A DNA stretch of 64,000 nucleotides, taken from assembly GCA_031082185.1 (NCBI GenBank), contig JAVHLI010000001.1, forward strand, positions 313,980-377,979. Direction: 5' to 3'. Position numbers and translations under genes: made by a program. The stretch is from a bacterium (GTDB lineage Bacteria > Sysuimicrobiota > Sysuimicrobiia > Sysuimicrobiales > Humicultoraceae). Below the pieces are notes generated by a model. That model had not been told where the DNA came from. It was given only the letters and a program-made list of their open reading frames with translations, and did not search any database. Below, one piece after another: positions 19,437 through 29,846 of this stretch (the stretch's first letter is position 1; every line of letters starts with the position of its first letter).

Positions 19437-19901
19437 TCAGGCGACCGCCTTCCGTCGCACCAGCAGCCAGATCCCAAGCACGATCAGCAGCATGGGCCAC
19501 CATGCGGCCATCACTTGCATAATGCCTGCGCCCCGCAAGACCCGCAGCAGCCCGACTGCCACGAGGATCCCGCCCGGGACGAGCGGCCACCATTCGGCGG
19601 CCTGCCTGCCGCTCCTCGCAAGATCCACCACGTAGACGAACAGGAAGCCGACGCCCAGCCCGAGCAGCACCGGCGCGCGATCGGCGCCGACCCAGTCGCG
19701 CGCCGCGATGCCGGCGCCCAGCCCGGTCAGGATCCCGGCCGGCACAAGGAGGCCGTACCTGCCCGTAAAGGCATAGGCCACCAACAGGAGCGCACCGACG
19801 ACCAGGACGCTCTGGTCACCGATGGGGTACGCCCGCATGGCCAGCAGCAGGACGACACCGACGACTATCAGTACCAGGCCCTGCACGTATCTCCGCTCCA
19901 T
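19437..19901 (-). CDS. Small multi-pass membrane protein (LiaI/LiaF-like transmembrane module)
   Basis: MERRYVQGLVLIVVGVVLLL...WWPMLLIVLGIWLL; GAGG upstream of ATG 19901. Confidence 0.7.
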   Translation of the reverse strand: MERRYVQGLVLIVVGVVLLLAMRAYPIGDQSVLVVGALLLVAYAFTGRYGLLVPAGILTGLGAGIAARDWVGADRAPVLLGLGVGFLFVYVVDLARSGRQAAEWWPLVPGGILVAVGLLRVLRGAGIMQVMAAWWPMLLIVLGIWLLVRRKAVA

Positions 19902-19933
19902 CGTCCACCTCGTCCGGAGGCTAGTGTGTTTCG

Positions 19934-19996
19934 TTGACAGTCTCTTCACGACGCGCGACAATTGCCCTGCCTGCAGATGTCGGACCATCGGACCAA
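19934..19996 (+). promoter_or_regulatory. Sigma70-type promoter with a tandem TCGGACCA operator-like repeat
   Basis: TTGACA(19934)-N17-GACAAT(19957); direct repeat tcggacca-tcggacca at about 19980-19995. Confidence 0.5.
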
Positions 19997-20696
19997 TCCA
20001 CAGCCCGTGCGCCGCACGAAGATCTACGAAGAGGTGGCGGCGCGTATTCGGCGCCTCATCTCCGAGGGGCGGCTTAAACCCGGAGATAAGCTCCCGCCCG
20101 AGCGCGAACTGGCCGCGGCCATGGGCGTAAGCCGCACCTCGGTCCGCGATGCCATCCGCACGCTGGAAGCGACCGGCCTGCTTGAGCCCCGGCAGGGCCA
20201 CGGCACGGTGATTCGGGAACTCTCTGCCGCCGGAGTGGTGGCGCCCATCGCATCGGCACTGTGGGTCAGTCCCGACCTCGTGGCCGATGTCATGGCCTTC
20301 CGCAAAGTGATTGAACCCGCCCTGGCCCGTCAGGCCGCCCTGCGCGCGACACCCGACGAGGTACGCCAGTTGGAGGCGATCCTCGCAGGCCAGGCGGCCC
20401 GCGTCGAGGCGGGAGGCGCCTTCCACGGCCTGATTGCGCGTGCGGCGCGCAACCAGGTGGCGCTGATGGTAGTCGAGTTGCTGATGCACCTGCTGCGCGA
20501 TGACCGCGAGCGGGCGCTTCGGGGACGGGGCCGGCCGCAGCATTCGCTGCGCGGGCACCGGCTCATCATGGAGGCCATCCGCCGGCGGGATGGTGGCGCG
20601 GCCGAACTGGCCATGCTGGCGCACCTCGAGCAGATCGAAGCGATGCTGCTTCCCGTCCGGGCGCGCGTGCCCGCGGGAACGGACGGCAGCGAGTAG
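19977..20696 (+). CDS. GntR/FadR-family transcriptional regulator
   Basis: LKPGDKLPPERELAAAMGVSRTSVRDA wHTH; FCD-like C-terminus. Start codon uncertain. Confidence 0.9.
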   Translation: MSDHRTNPQPVRRTKIYEEVAARIRRLISEGRLKPGDKLPPERELAAAMGVSRTSVRDAIRTLEATGLLEPRQGHGTVIRELSAAGVVAPIASALWVSPDLVADVMAFRKVIEPALARQAALRATPDEVRQLEAILAGQAARVEAGGAFHGLIARAARNQVALMVVELLMHLLRDDRERALRGRGRPQHSLRGHRLIMEAIRRRDGGAAELAMLAHLEQIEAMLLPVRARVPAGTDGSE

Positions 20697-20699
20697 CCG

Positions 20700-21320
20700 T
20701 TGGGCCGCCACCACTGGCCGCGCGAGACTCGGCTGTTCTGGGCGTGGTGGGTTGCCGTGCGGGCCCTCCTTAGACCCCTCTTCTGTTTCCGGGTCGAAGG
20801 CCTCGAACGCTTTCCCGCAGGCCCTGCGGTCCTCGTCGCCAACCACCCAAGCGCGCTGGACCCCCTGTTTCTGGCCGCGGCCGTGTCCGAGCGCCTGCTG
20901 TTTCTAGCCGCGGCGGAGTTCTTCGCGCTGCCCGCGGTGGGATGGGCGATGCGGACCTACGGGTGCATACCGGTGCGCCGCGGCGAGGTGGATTCCGGTG
21001 CGGTGCGCGAGGCGCTGCGCGCGTTGGCGGCGGGGCGCAAGGTGGCGGTCTTCCCTGAAGGCCGCGTGACCCCACATCCGGATGGGCGCCCGGGGCTTCG
21101 TGGCGCCGCGCTGCTGGCCTCACGCGCCACGGTGCCGTTGATTCCGTTTGCGATCGCGGGGACTGGGCGGGTTTTCCCTCTGGGTGCTTGGTTTCCCAGG
21201 CCCGGCCGGGTGGCTGTGCGGATCGGCCCGCCGCTGCCGCCGCCTGGTGCCGAACGGGCGTCGCAGGACGCGGCCACCGAGGCGGCCATGACCTGGATCC
21301 ACGCGCACAGCGCGCGCTAG
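20700..21320 (+). CDS. 1-acyl-sn-glycerol-3-phosphate acyltransferase (PlsC-like)
   Basis: NHPSALD (HX4D) and FPEG motifs. Confidence 0.88.
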   Translation: MGRHHWPRETRLFWAWWVAVRALLRPLFCFRVEGLERFPAGPAVLVANHPSALDPLFLAAAVSERLLFLAAAEFFALPAVGWAMRTYGCIPVRRGEVDSGAVREALRALAAGRKVAVFPEGRVTPHPDGRPGLRGAALLASRATVPLIPFAIAGTGRVFPLGAWFPRPGRVAVRIGPPLPPPGAERASQDAATEAAMTWIHAHSAR

Positions 21321-22570
21321 CGCAGCCAGAGGATGTAGAGCAGGATGTGGGCTACGCCCACGGCCACCAGGGTGAAGGGCACGCTGATCTTCATGTAGCG
21401 GCCCAGGTCTACCCGCTCGCCGTGCTTCTCCAGAAAGCCGCAGGCGAAGACGTTGGCCGTGGCGCCGACCGGGGTAATGTTTCCGCCGCTGCCGGTGCCG
21501 ACCAGCATTCCGAACAGCAGCGGCCACGCGCTCGTCCCCAGCAGCCCGGCCAGGTCCTGGGCCACCGGAATCATCAACACCGTGAACGGCACGTTGTCCA
21601 CGAACGAAGAGATCGCCACCGAGATCCAGATCAGGGCGCCCATGGCCAGAGCAGGCGTCTTGAGCCCTGCCCCGTGCAGCAGCCCCGCGAACTCCCGCAG
21701 CAGCCCGGTGGACCGCAGCGAGTGCGCCACCACGAAGATGCCCATGATGAAGGCGAACGAGTTCCAGTCGAACTCGACGAACATCGCGCGGAACCGCCGG
21801 CGGTTGAGCAACAGCGCAGCGCCGCCGGCCGCCACGCCTACGATCCCGGGCGAGAGGCCGCGCCCGTGGCCGAAGGCCAGGATTGCGACCGAGACCACGA
21901 ACAGGACCGTCGCCCCGTAGGTGACCGGCACCTCGTCCACCGCCAGGTCAATCCGCCTGGACATGTGGCGGAACTGGAACAGCAGGGTGAGCAACGCCGC
22001 GATGACCGCGACGACCGTCAGCGTTCCCAGCCCTATCCGCCCCTGGAACCAGTAGAAGTCCATGAACTTCATCCCGGTCTCGATGGCAAGGATGATTGAC
22101 GGCGGGTCTGCCACCATGGTCACGGTCGTGACGACGTTGGACGATATTCCTATGACGACCATGTACGGGAAGAGGGAGGTGTTCAGCCGCCTGCTGATCG
22201 CCAGCGCGATCGGCGCCATCATCAGAACCACGCCCACGTTCTCCATCCAGACGGACAGGAACGCGGTCGAGGCGGCCAGGTAGAGGATGGCGTGCTTCTC
22301 GGCGTGGGCGGCCTTCAGGATGCGCTCCGCCAGGAGCTTTGGAGCCCCGCTGTCCATGAAGGCTATCGAGACCATCATGAAGCCCCAGTAGATGCCCAGA
22401 ACGTCCCACTTCAGGGCCTGCGTGAGGACCTCGTGCGGCGTCAGGATGCGCAGCGCGACCAGCAGCACCGCCGCGGTCAGCGACACGTAGGCGATCTTGA
22501 TCCGGCGGCTCAGGGCGAGGGCGTACGTCGCGATGAAGATCGCCAGTGCCAGGATCTGTTCGAGGCTCAT
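21317..22570 (-). CDS. ArsB/NhaD (IT superfamily, SLC13-like) permease
   Basis: Highly hydrophobic; TMVADPPSII, SSFVDNVPF, GGNITPVGATAN. Confidence 0.85.
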   Translation of the reverse strand: MSLEQILALAIFIATYALALSRRIKIAYVSLTAAVLLVALRILTPHEVLTQALKWDVLGIYWGFMMVSIAFMDSGAPKLLAERILKAAHAEKHAILYLAASTAFLSVWMENVGVVLMMAPIALAISRRLNTSLFPYMVVIGISSNVVTTVTMVADPPSIILAIETGMKFMDFYWFQGRIGLGTLTVVAVIAALLTLLFQFRHMSRRIDLAVDEVPVTYGATVLFVVSVAILAFGHGRGLSPGIVGVAAGGAALLLNRRRFRAMFVEFDWNSFAFIMGIFVVAHSLRSTGLLREFAGLLHGAGLKTPALAMGALIWISVAISSFVDNVPFTVLMIPVAQDLAGLLGTSAWPLLFGMLVGTGSGGNITPVGATANVFACGFLEKHGERVDLGRYMKISVPFTLVAVGVAHILLYILWLR

Positions 22571-22761
22571 TAGGGAGGGGCCTCCTAGAGTCTTGTCGCG
22601 AGAGTCTCATCGCGCGGACGGGTGAGCGGCGGCGCCGGGTCACGCCTCCGGTAACCAGCCCCCAACCTAGCAGGGCCGCATGCGGGCCGTCAACAAGGTG
22701 CACTTGTCCACGTGGCAAAAACAGCGTACTTTAGGGTAACACCTGCAGAGGAGGTAGGATA

Positions 22762-24318
22762 TTGACACGCTTGGCGCTTCGCATCTTCGTGCTGGCGCTC
22801 GTCGTCACGCTGGTGGCGATTCCGACCACCCCCACAGGGGCGCAGCAGCCCCGCCGCGGAGGGGTTCTTCGCATGGCGCACATCGGTGAGCCGCCCACCC
22901 TGGACCTGCACACGACCACGGCGCTCATCGTCCAGGACATCATGCTGCACGTCTACGAGGGGCTCTTCACGTTGAACAGCGGGTTTGCGCCGAAGCCGAT
23001 GCTGGTTGACACCTGGAAGATCAGCCCGAACCGGTTGACCTACACGTTCAATCTGCGCAAGGGCGTGCGCTTCCACCACGGCCGGGAATTGAACGGCGAC
23101 GATGTGGTGGTTTCGCTCTCGCGTTGGGGTCGACTGTCCACGCGCGGCCGGGCGCTGTTCGCGGTGACCCAGTCGCTGTCTACGCCGGACGCCCACACCA
23201 TCGTGCTCAGACTCAAGGAACCCTACGGGCTGGTCCTGGTGGACCTGGCCTTAGCGCTGCAGGGGGCGGTCATCTATCCTAAGGAGGTCATCGAGGAGGC
23301 CGGGGCAGGACCCGTTCGCCGCTTCATCGGTACCGGACCATACCGATTCGTCGAGTACGCACCCGACCGGCACGTACGGCTCGATCGGTTCGACGGGTAC
23401 AGCGCGCGGAGTGAGGAGCCCGATGGGTTCGCGGGCCGCAAGGTGGCATACTTCGACTCGATTTACATCGTGCCCGTTCCCGATGTAGCCGTCCGCATCG
23501 CCGGCGTCACGCGCGGCGAGTTCCAGTTCGCCGAGAGCGTGCCCCAGGATGACTTCACAAGGCTGCAGGGCGATCCCAACCTGGTGCCCTTTGTCCCGCC
23601 GGTGCCGCTGTGGCTGACCACCGTGTTCAACAAGCGGTCCGGTCCGTTTGTCAACCCCAAGATGCGGCAGGCATGGCTGGCAGCCCTGGACATGGAAGCG
23701 ATCATGCGCGGGACGTTCGGCAACCCGAAGTTCTGGCGTCTGGATCCGGCGCTGCTCCCGAAGCCGCACTACATGTGGACCGACGTCGGCAAGGAGCGGT
23801 ACAACCAGAAGAACACCGAGCGGGCGCGCCAGCTCCTGACCGAGGCGGGGTACCGCGGCGAGCCGATCAAGTGGATGACCACCATGGAGTACCAGGCCTA
23901 CGGGATTTCGGCCCAGATCGCCAAGCCGATGTTGGAGCGGGCGGGTTTCGTGTTCGACTTCCAGGTGGTGGACTGGGCGACGCTGATCTCGCGTCGGGCG
24001 CGGCCGGAGCTTTGGGACGCGCTCAACACAGCGCAGCTCACCTTCCCTGACCCCACGCAGGTGCTGGTGCTCAGCTCGACCTGGCCGGGTTGGTACGAGA
24101 GCCGCGACATGCAGGCGATGATGACGCTGCTCGCCCGGCACACCGACCCGAAGGTCCGCATGGATATCTGGAAGCGCGCGCAGCGACTGTTTTGGGAGGA
24201 CGTGCCGGCTATCAAGTACGGCGACTACTTCCCACTGCACCTGCACCGGAAGGAGCTGAAGGGTTACACCGGACAGCCCGGGCACGCATTCTGGAACGTG
24301 TGGTGGGAGGGGCGATAG
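22762..24318 (+). CDS. Peptide/nickel ABC substrate-binding protein (family 5), stand-alone
   Basis: GGAGG RBS before TTG; EPPTLD, YTFNLRKGVRFHHG, IGTGPY. Confidence 0.9.
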   Translation: MTRLALRIFVLALVVTLVAIPTTPTGAQQPRRGGVLRMAHIGEPPTLDLHTTTALIVQDIMLHVYEGLFTLNSGFAPKPMLVDTWKISPNRLTYTFNLRKGVRFHHGRELNGDDVVVSLSRWGRLSTRGRALFAVTQSLSTPDAHTIVLRLKEPYGLVLVDLALALQGAVIYPKEVIEEAGAGPVRRFIGTGPYRFVEYAPDRHVRLDRFDGYSARSEEPDGFAGRKVAYFDSIYIVPVPDVAVRIAGVTRGEFQFAESVPQDDFTRLQGDPNLVPFVPPVPLWLTTVFNKRSGPFVNPKMRQAWLAALDMEAIMRGTFGNPKFWRLDPALLPKPHYMWTDVGKERYNQKNTERARQLLTEAGYRGEPIKWMTTMEYQAYGISAQIAKPMLERAGFVFDFQVVDWATLISRRARPELWDALNTAQLTFPDPTQVLVLSSTWPGWYESRDMQAMMTLLARHTDPKVRMDIWKRAQRLFWEDVPAIKYGDYFPLHLHRKELKGYTGQPGHAFWNVWWEGR

Positions 24319-24338
24319 GGCACCAACCTGAGGTTCGA

Positions 24339-24367
24339 TTGACGCGTTTGTGAGCGCGTGCTATTAT
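24339..24367 (+). promoter_or_regulatory. Sigma70-type promoter for the SAM riboswitch leader
   Basis: TTGACG-N17-TATTAT. Confidence 0.7.
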
Positions 24368-24387
24368 CGCGCCTAACTGAATAGCTG

Positions 24388-24489
24388 CTCTTATCAAGAG
24401 TGGGTGAGGGACGGGCCCGATGACCCCCGGCAACCTGCCAGTCAGGTAAGGTGCCAACCCCCGCGGGAACTAGTTCCGGCGGATAAGAG
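24388..24489 (+). ncRNA. SAM-I (S-box) riboswitch
   Basis: P1 CTCTTATC...GATAAGAG, AAGAG, GAGGGA-GGCCC-ATGA kink-turn, GGCAACC, AAGGTGCCAA; lies upstream of metY-metA. Confidence 0.95.
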
Positions 24490-24494
24490 GGATG

Positions 24495-25863
<1,369 letters not shown>

Positions 25864-25925
25864 GCGCGTGCCATGCGCCCTTCTGCTCTACCGCCTAGTG
25901 GAAAGAGGGCGAGATGAGGTGGGCA

Positions 25926-26852
25926 ATGCCAGTACGAATCTCTGACGACCTGCCGGCCAAGGACGTGCTGATGAGCGAGAACATCTTCGTGATGGAAGAG
26001 CGACGGGCCCTGCACCAAGATATCCGACCCCTCGAGATCGCCGTGCTCAACCTGATGCCGACAAAGATCGCCACCGAAACCCAGCTTCTCCGCCTGCTGG
26101 GAAACACGCCGCTGCAGATCAACATCACGCTCTTCTATCCCGACTCTTACCAGCCCAAGAACACTCCTGCAGAGCACCTGCTGGCCTTCTATCAGCCTTT
26201 CGCCCAGATACGTGAGCGCAAGTTTGACGGGTTGGTGATCACCGGTGCGCCCGTCGAGCATCTGCCGTTCGAGGAGGTTGACTACTGGCAGGAGTTGCAG
26301 GAGATCATGGACTGGTCACTCAGCCATGTATTTGCCGCGCTGCACATCTGCTGGGGAGCGCAGGCGGCACTGTACTATCACTACGGGATTCCCAAGCATC
26401 CCCTTCCCGTGAAGCAGTTTGGGGTCTTCGAACACTATGTGACCCGCCAGAACATCAAGCTGCTGCGTGGCTTTGACGACACATTCTACGCGCCGCATTC
26501 TCGCCATACCGAGGTGGAGAGCGAGGCCATTGCGCGGGTGTCAGATCTGGAGATCCTGTCTCAGTCGAGGGGCTCCGGGGTCTATCTAATCATCTCACGC
26601 GACGGCCATCAGGTATTCGTTCTAGGCCATCCGGAGTACGACTCGCTAACCCTACACGGGGAATACCAGCGCGATCTTCGGCGAGGGCTGCCGATTACAA
26701 TCCCCAGGAACTACTACCAGGATGACGCCCCCGACCGGCCGCCGGTTGTTCGCTGGCGGGGGCACGCCAATCTGTTGTATTCGAATTGGTTGAACTACTA
26801 CGTGTACCAGGAAACCCCATACGACCTACGCCGTATTCCGCACGGTTCGTAG
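25926..26852 (+). CDS. metA: Homoserine O-acyltransferase (MetA family, probably acetyl-CoA specific)
   Basis: [48 protein letters not shown]. Confidence 0.93.
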   Translation: MPVRISDDLPAKDVLMSENIFVMEERRALHQDIRPLEIAVLNLMPTKIATETQLLRLLGNTPLQINITLFYPDSYQPKNTPAEHLLAFYQPFAQIRERKFDGLVITGAPVEHLPFEEVDYWQELQEIMDWSLSHVFAALHICWGAQAALYYHYGIPKHPLPVKQFGVFEHYVTRQNIKLLRGFDDTFYAPHSRHTEVESEAIARVSDLEILSQSRGSGVYLIISRDGHQVFVLGHPEYDSLTLHGEYQRDLRRGLPITIPRNYYQDDAPDRPPVVRWRGHANLLYSNWLNYYVYQETPYDLRRIPHGS

Positions 26853-26868
26853 GAGGAAAGCAGAGACC

Positions 26869-26898
26869 TTGCCCGCTGTTTCTGCGCCATGCTAGACT
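26869..26898 (+). promoter_or_regulatory. Probable promoter for the T-box/proS leader
   Basis: TTGCCC-N18-TAGACT with an extended -10 TG. Confidence 0.45.
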
Positions 26899-26910
26899 CA
26901 CCGTACAGTT

Positions 26911-27062
26911 GGCGATGACGGGGCCAACCCACCCCTGAGCCGCGGCCGAGAAAGCCGCCGGGCGCGCCCGATAAACGCGGCAAGTGCCGGTCCTCCGCCG
27001 CAGGCGCCGGGCCGGAACAAGGGTGGTACCGCGGGAGCCTCCCGTCCCTTGGGGTGGGGGGC
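26911..27062 (+). ncRNA. T-box riboswitch (Pro specifier) with a very short Stem I
   Basis: T-box AAGGGTGGTACCGCG at 27019-27033 pairs with CGTCCCTT (27043-27050); 5' hairpin with GATGA/TGA kink-turn elements and a loop CCAACCCA containing Pro codons; lies upstream of proS. Confidence 0.88.
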
Positions 27063-27083
27063 CATATCGTTTCAGGGGGATGT

Positions 27084-28526
27084 ATGTCAACCGAGGGCCA
27101 GACGTTTGTCAAGGAGATTCCCAGCAAGTCCGAGCAGTTCTCGGACTGGTACACCGCCGTCGCCCTCAAGGCCGAGTTGGCCGACTACTCACCGGTGCGC
27201 GGGTGCATGGTCATCCGGCCCTACGGCTACGCGCTGTGGGAAGGCATCCAGCGCTGGTTGGACGAGCGGTTCAAGGCGACCGGTCACGTCAACGCCTACT
27301 TCCCGCTGTTCGTCCCTGAGTCGTTCCTCAAAAAGGAAGCCGAGCACGTTGAGGGATTCGCTCCCCAGGTCGCCTGGGTAACCCACGGCGGCGATGAGGA
27401 ACTGGCCGAACGGCTGGCGGTGCGGCCGACCTCCGAGGCGATCATCCTGCCGATGTACGCCAAGTGGATCCAGTCGTACCGCGACCTGCCGGTGCTGCTG
27501 CTGCAGTGGAACAGCGTGGTGCGCTGGGAGAAGTCCACACGGCTGTTCCTGCGGACCAGCGAGTTCCTCTGGCACGAAGGGCACACGGCGCACGCCACGC
27601 TGGAGGAGGCCGACCAGGAGTGCCTGACAATCCTGGAGATCTACCGGCAGTTGCTCGAGGACGTGCTGGCCATCCCCGTCCTGGTGGGCCGCAAGTCGCC
27701 GACCGAGAAGTTCGCCGGTGCCGACTGGACCTACACGCTGGAGGCGTTGATGCCCGACCGCCAGGCCCTGCAGGTCGGAACCAGCCACTTCCTCGGCCAG
27801 AACTTCGCCAAGGCCTTCGGCGTGAAGTTCCTCGACCGCGACAACACCGAGAAGTTCGTCTGGTCCACCTCGTGGGCGGTCTCGACGCGCCTGATCGGCT
27901 CGCTCATCATGGCGCATGGCGACGACCGTGGGCTGGGCCTGCCGCCTCGCATCGCGCCGATCCAGGTTGTGATCGTTCCGATCCTCGGCAAGGGCAATGA
28001 GCGCGTCCTGGCCGCCGCCCGGGGGCTCGCGGATCGCCTGGGGAAGGTGGCGAGAGTGCGGCTGGACGACCGCGATGAGTACACGCCCGGCTGGAAGTTC
28101 AACGAATGGGAGATGCGGGGCGTGCCGCTCCGCCTGGAGATCGGGCCGCGGGACGTGGCAGCCGGCGCCGCGGTGATGGTGAAGCGGACCGGCGGCGGCA
28201 AGACGACCGTCGCGCAGGACGGCATCGAGCAGGTTGTGCTCGCGGCGCTGGAGGACGTGCAGAAGGACTACTTCGGCAGGGCCAAGGCGTTCATGGATGA
28301 GCACACGGTCTCCGCCGAGACGATTGAGCAGCTCGCGGAAGCGATCCGGGACCGGCGTGGGTTCGTGCGCACCGGGTGGTGCCAGGAGCAGGCGTGCGAG
28401 GACGCCATCCGCGAGAGGACAGGCGCCTCGCCGCGGGTCACCCCGCTGCACGACGCCCCGGAGGGGACCTGTCCGGCGTGTGGCAAACCCTCGACCGCAA
28501 CTGTGTACTACGCGCGGGCGTACTGA
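27084..28526 (+). CDS. proS: Proline--tRNA ligase, archaeal/eukaryote-like type (no INS editing domain)
   Basis: FSDWY, EAEHVEGFAPQVAWVT, RPTSE, FLRTSEFLWHEGHT, GTSHFLGQNF, C-terminal ARAY. Confidence 0.95.
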   Translation: MSTEGQTFVKEIPSKSEQFSDWYTAVALKAELADYSPVRGCMVIRPYGYALWEGIQRWLDERFKATGHVNAYFPLFVPESFLKKEAEHVEGFAPQVAWVTHGGDEELAERLAVRPTSEAIILPMYAKWIQSYRDLPVLLLQWNSVVRWEKSTRLFLRTSEFLWHEGHTAHATLEEADQECLTILEIYRQLLEDVLAIPVLVGRKSPTEKFAGADWTYTLEALMPDRQALQVGTSHFLGQNFAKAFGVKFLDRDNTEKFVWSTSWAVSTRLIGSLIMAHGDDRGLGLPPRIAPIQVVIVPILGKGNERVLAAARGLADRLGKVARVRLDDRDEYTPGWKFNEWEMRGVPLRLEIGPRDVAAGAAVMVKRTGGGKTTVAQDGIEQVVLAALEDVQKDYFGRAKAFMDEHTVSAETIEQLAEAIRDRRGFVRTGWCQEQACEDAIRERTGASPRVTPLHDAPEGTCPACGKPSTATVYYARAY

Positions 28527-28557
28527 TGCCGACCGGTTGCGGCGGGTCACTCGGGCG

Positions 28558-29343
28558 ATGAAGCACCTGGCCTTGCGCCGCCCGCTCGTCTTTCTCGACC
28601 TGGAGACCACGGGCGTCAACCCCGCTTCCGACCGCATCGTAGAGATTGGCCTGACAAAGGTCCATCCCGATGGCCGGCGTGAAACGCTGACCCGCCGAGT
28701 GAATCCAGGGATGCCGATTCCTCCCGCTTCCACCCGCATACACGGGATCACCGACACCGATGTGGCCGGAGTGCCGCGGTTTGCGCAGATCGCCGCCGAG
28801 GTGGTGGGTTTCATCGGAGACGCCGATCTGGCCGGTTTCAACGTCCAACGGTTCGACATTCCGGTGCTCCACCGCGAACTGGCGATGGCCGGCGCGCGCC
28901 TGGATATGGAGGGCCGCGCGGTCGTGGACGCGCAGGTGATCTTCCACCGAAAGGAACCGCGCGACCTGACCGCCGCCTTCAGGTACTACTGCGGCAGGGA
29001 GCTGGAGGGAGCCCACGGCGCCCAGGTGGACGTTGAGGCGTGCGTGGAGATCCTAGACGCCCAACTCGCGGCTTATCCCGACCTGCCGAGAGCCCCGCAG
29101 GAACTCGCAGACCTGTTCAACCCGCGCGATCCCAACGCGATAGATCCCGATGGAAAGTTCGTGTGGGAGCGCGGGGAAGCAGTCTTGATGTTCGGGCCGG
29201 ACGGTGTGCGCGGCCGGTCCCTGCGCGATCTGGCGGAGAAGGATCGGGGGTTCCTGGAATGGATCCTGCGCAAGGAGTTCGGCCCGGAGGTCAAGGCGAT
29301 CGTGCAGGAGGCGCTCCTGGGCCGGTTCCCGACCCGGCAGTAG
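28558..29343 (+). CDS. DEDDh 3'-5' exonuclease (DnaQ-like)
   Basis: FLDLETTG, GFNVQRFD, AHGAQVD. Confidence 0.88.
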   Translation: MKHLALRRPLVFLDLETTGVNPASDRIVEIGLTKVHPDGRRETLTRRVNPGMPIPPASTRIHGITDTDVAGVPRFAQIAAEVVGFIGDADLAGFNVQRFDIPVLHRELAMAGARLDMEGRAVVDAQVIFHRKEPRDLTAAFRYYCGRELEGAHGAQVDVEACVEILDAQLAAYPDLPRAPQELADLFNPRDPNAIDPDGKFVWERGEAVLMFGPDGVRGRSLRDLAEKDRGFLEWILRKEFGPEVKAIVQEALLGRFPTRQ

Positions 29344-29350
29344 GCCGGTG

Positions 29351-29824
29351 ATGTCTTCCGCCACCGATCGCGTGCACCAGGCGCTATCTGCACTGGGCCT
29401 CTCCGTGCAGATACAGGAGTTCCCGCAGGGAACGCGCACGGCGCAGGATGCGGCCGGCGCGATCGGCACCACGCTCGGCCAGATCGTGAAGTCCCTGGTG
29501 TTCCTGGCGGACGGGCTGCCGGTGCTGGTCCTGGCCTCGGGCAAGAACAGGGTAGATGCGGGGAAGCTCGCCCGCGCCGCCGGTGCTGCGCGGATCGAAC
29601 GCGCCGACGCCGAGCGGGTCCGCGCGGCCACCGGGTTTGCGATCGGCGGCGTCCCACCCGTGGGGCACGCCACGCCGCTGGAAACGTACATAGACGAAGA
29701 CCTGCTCGCGTACGAGATCGTCTACGCGGCGGCCGGCACGCCGAATGCGATCTTCCCCATCACCCCGCCCGATTTGGTGAGGGTGACCGGCGGCCGGATC
29801 GCGGAGCTTGCCCCGCCGCAGTAG
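29351..29824 (+). CDS. YbaK/EbsC (ProXp) aminoacyl-tRNA deacylase family protein
   Basis: QIVKSLVF, TGFAIGGVPPVGH, AAAGTP. Confidence 0.9.
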   Translation: MSSATDRVHQALSALGLSVQIQEFPQGTRTAQDAAGAIGTTLGQIVKSLVFLADGLPVLVLASGKNRVDAGKLARAAGAARIERADAERVRAATGFAIGGVPPVGHATPLETYIDEDLLAYEIVYAAAGTPNAIFPITPPDLVRVTGGRIAELAPPQ

Positions 29825-29846
29825 CCGAAACAGAAGAGGTGACCGG

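Noticed and set aside
20380..20440. Apparent short deletion in the FadR FCD domain (VEAGGAFH lacks the usual D..FH spacing)
   Set aside because: The frame is intact, and without an alignment I cannot separate natural variation from decay.
22571..22761. Fluoride-riboswitch-like GCGATGAG...CTCGC hairpin upstream of the ArsB/NhaD permease
   Set aside because: Only a short hairpin matches; the downstream pseudoknot elements are not evident.
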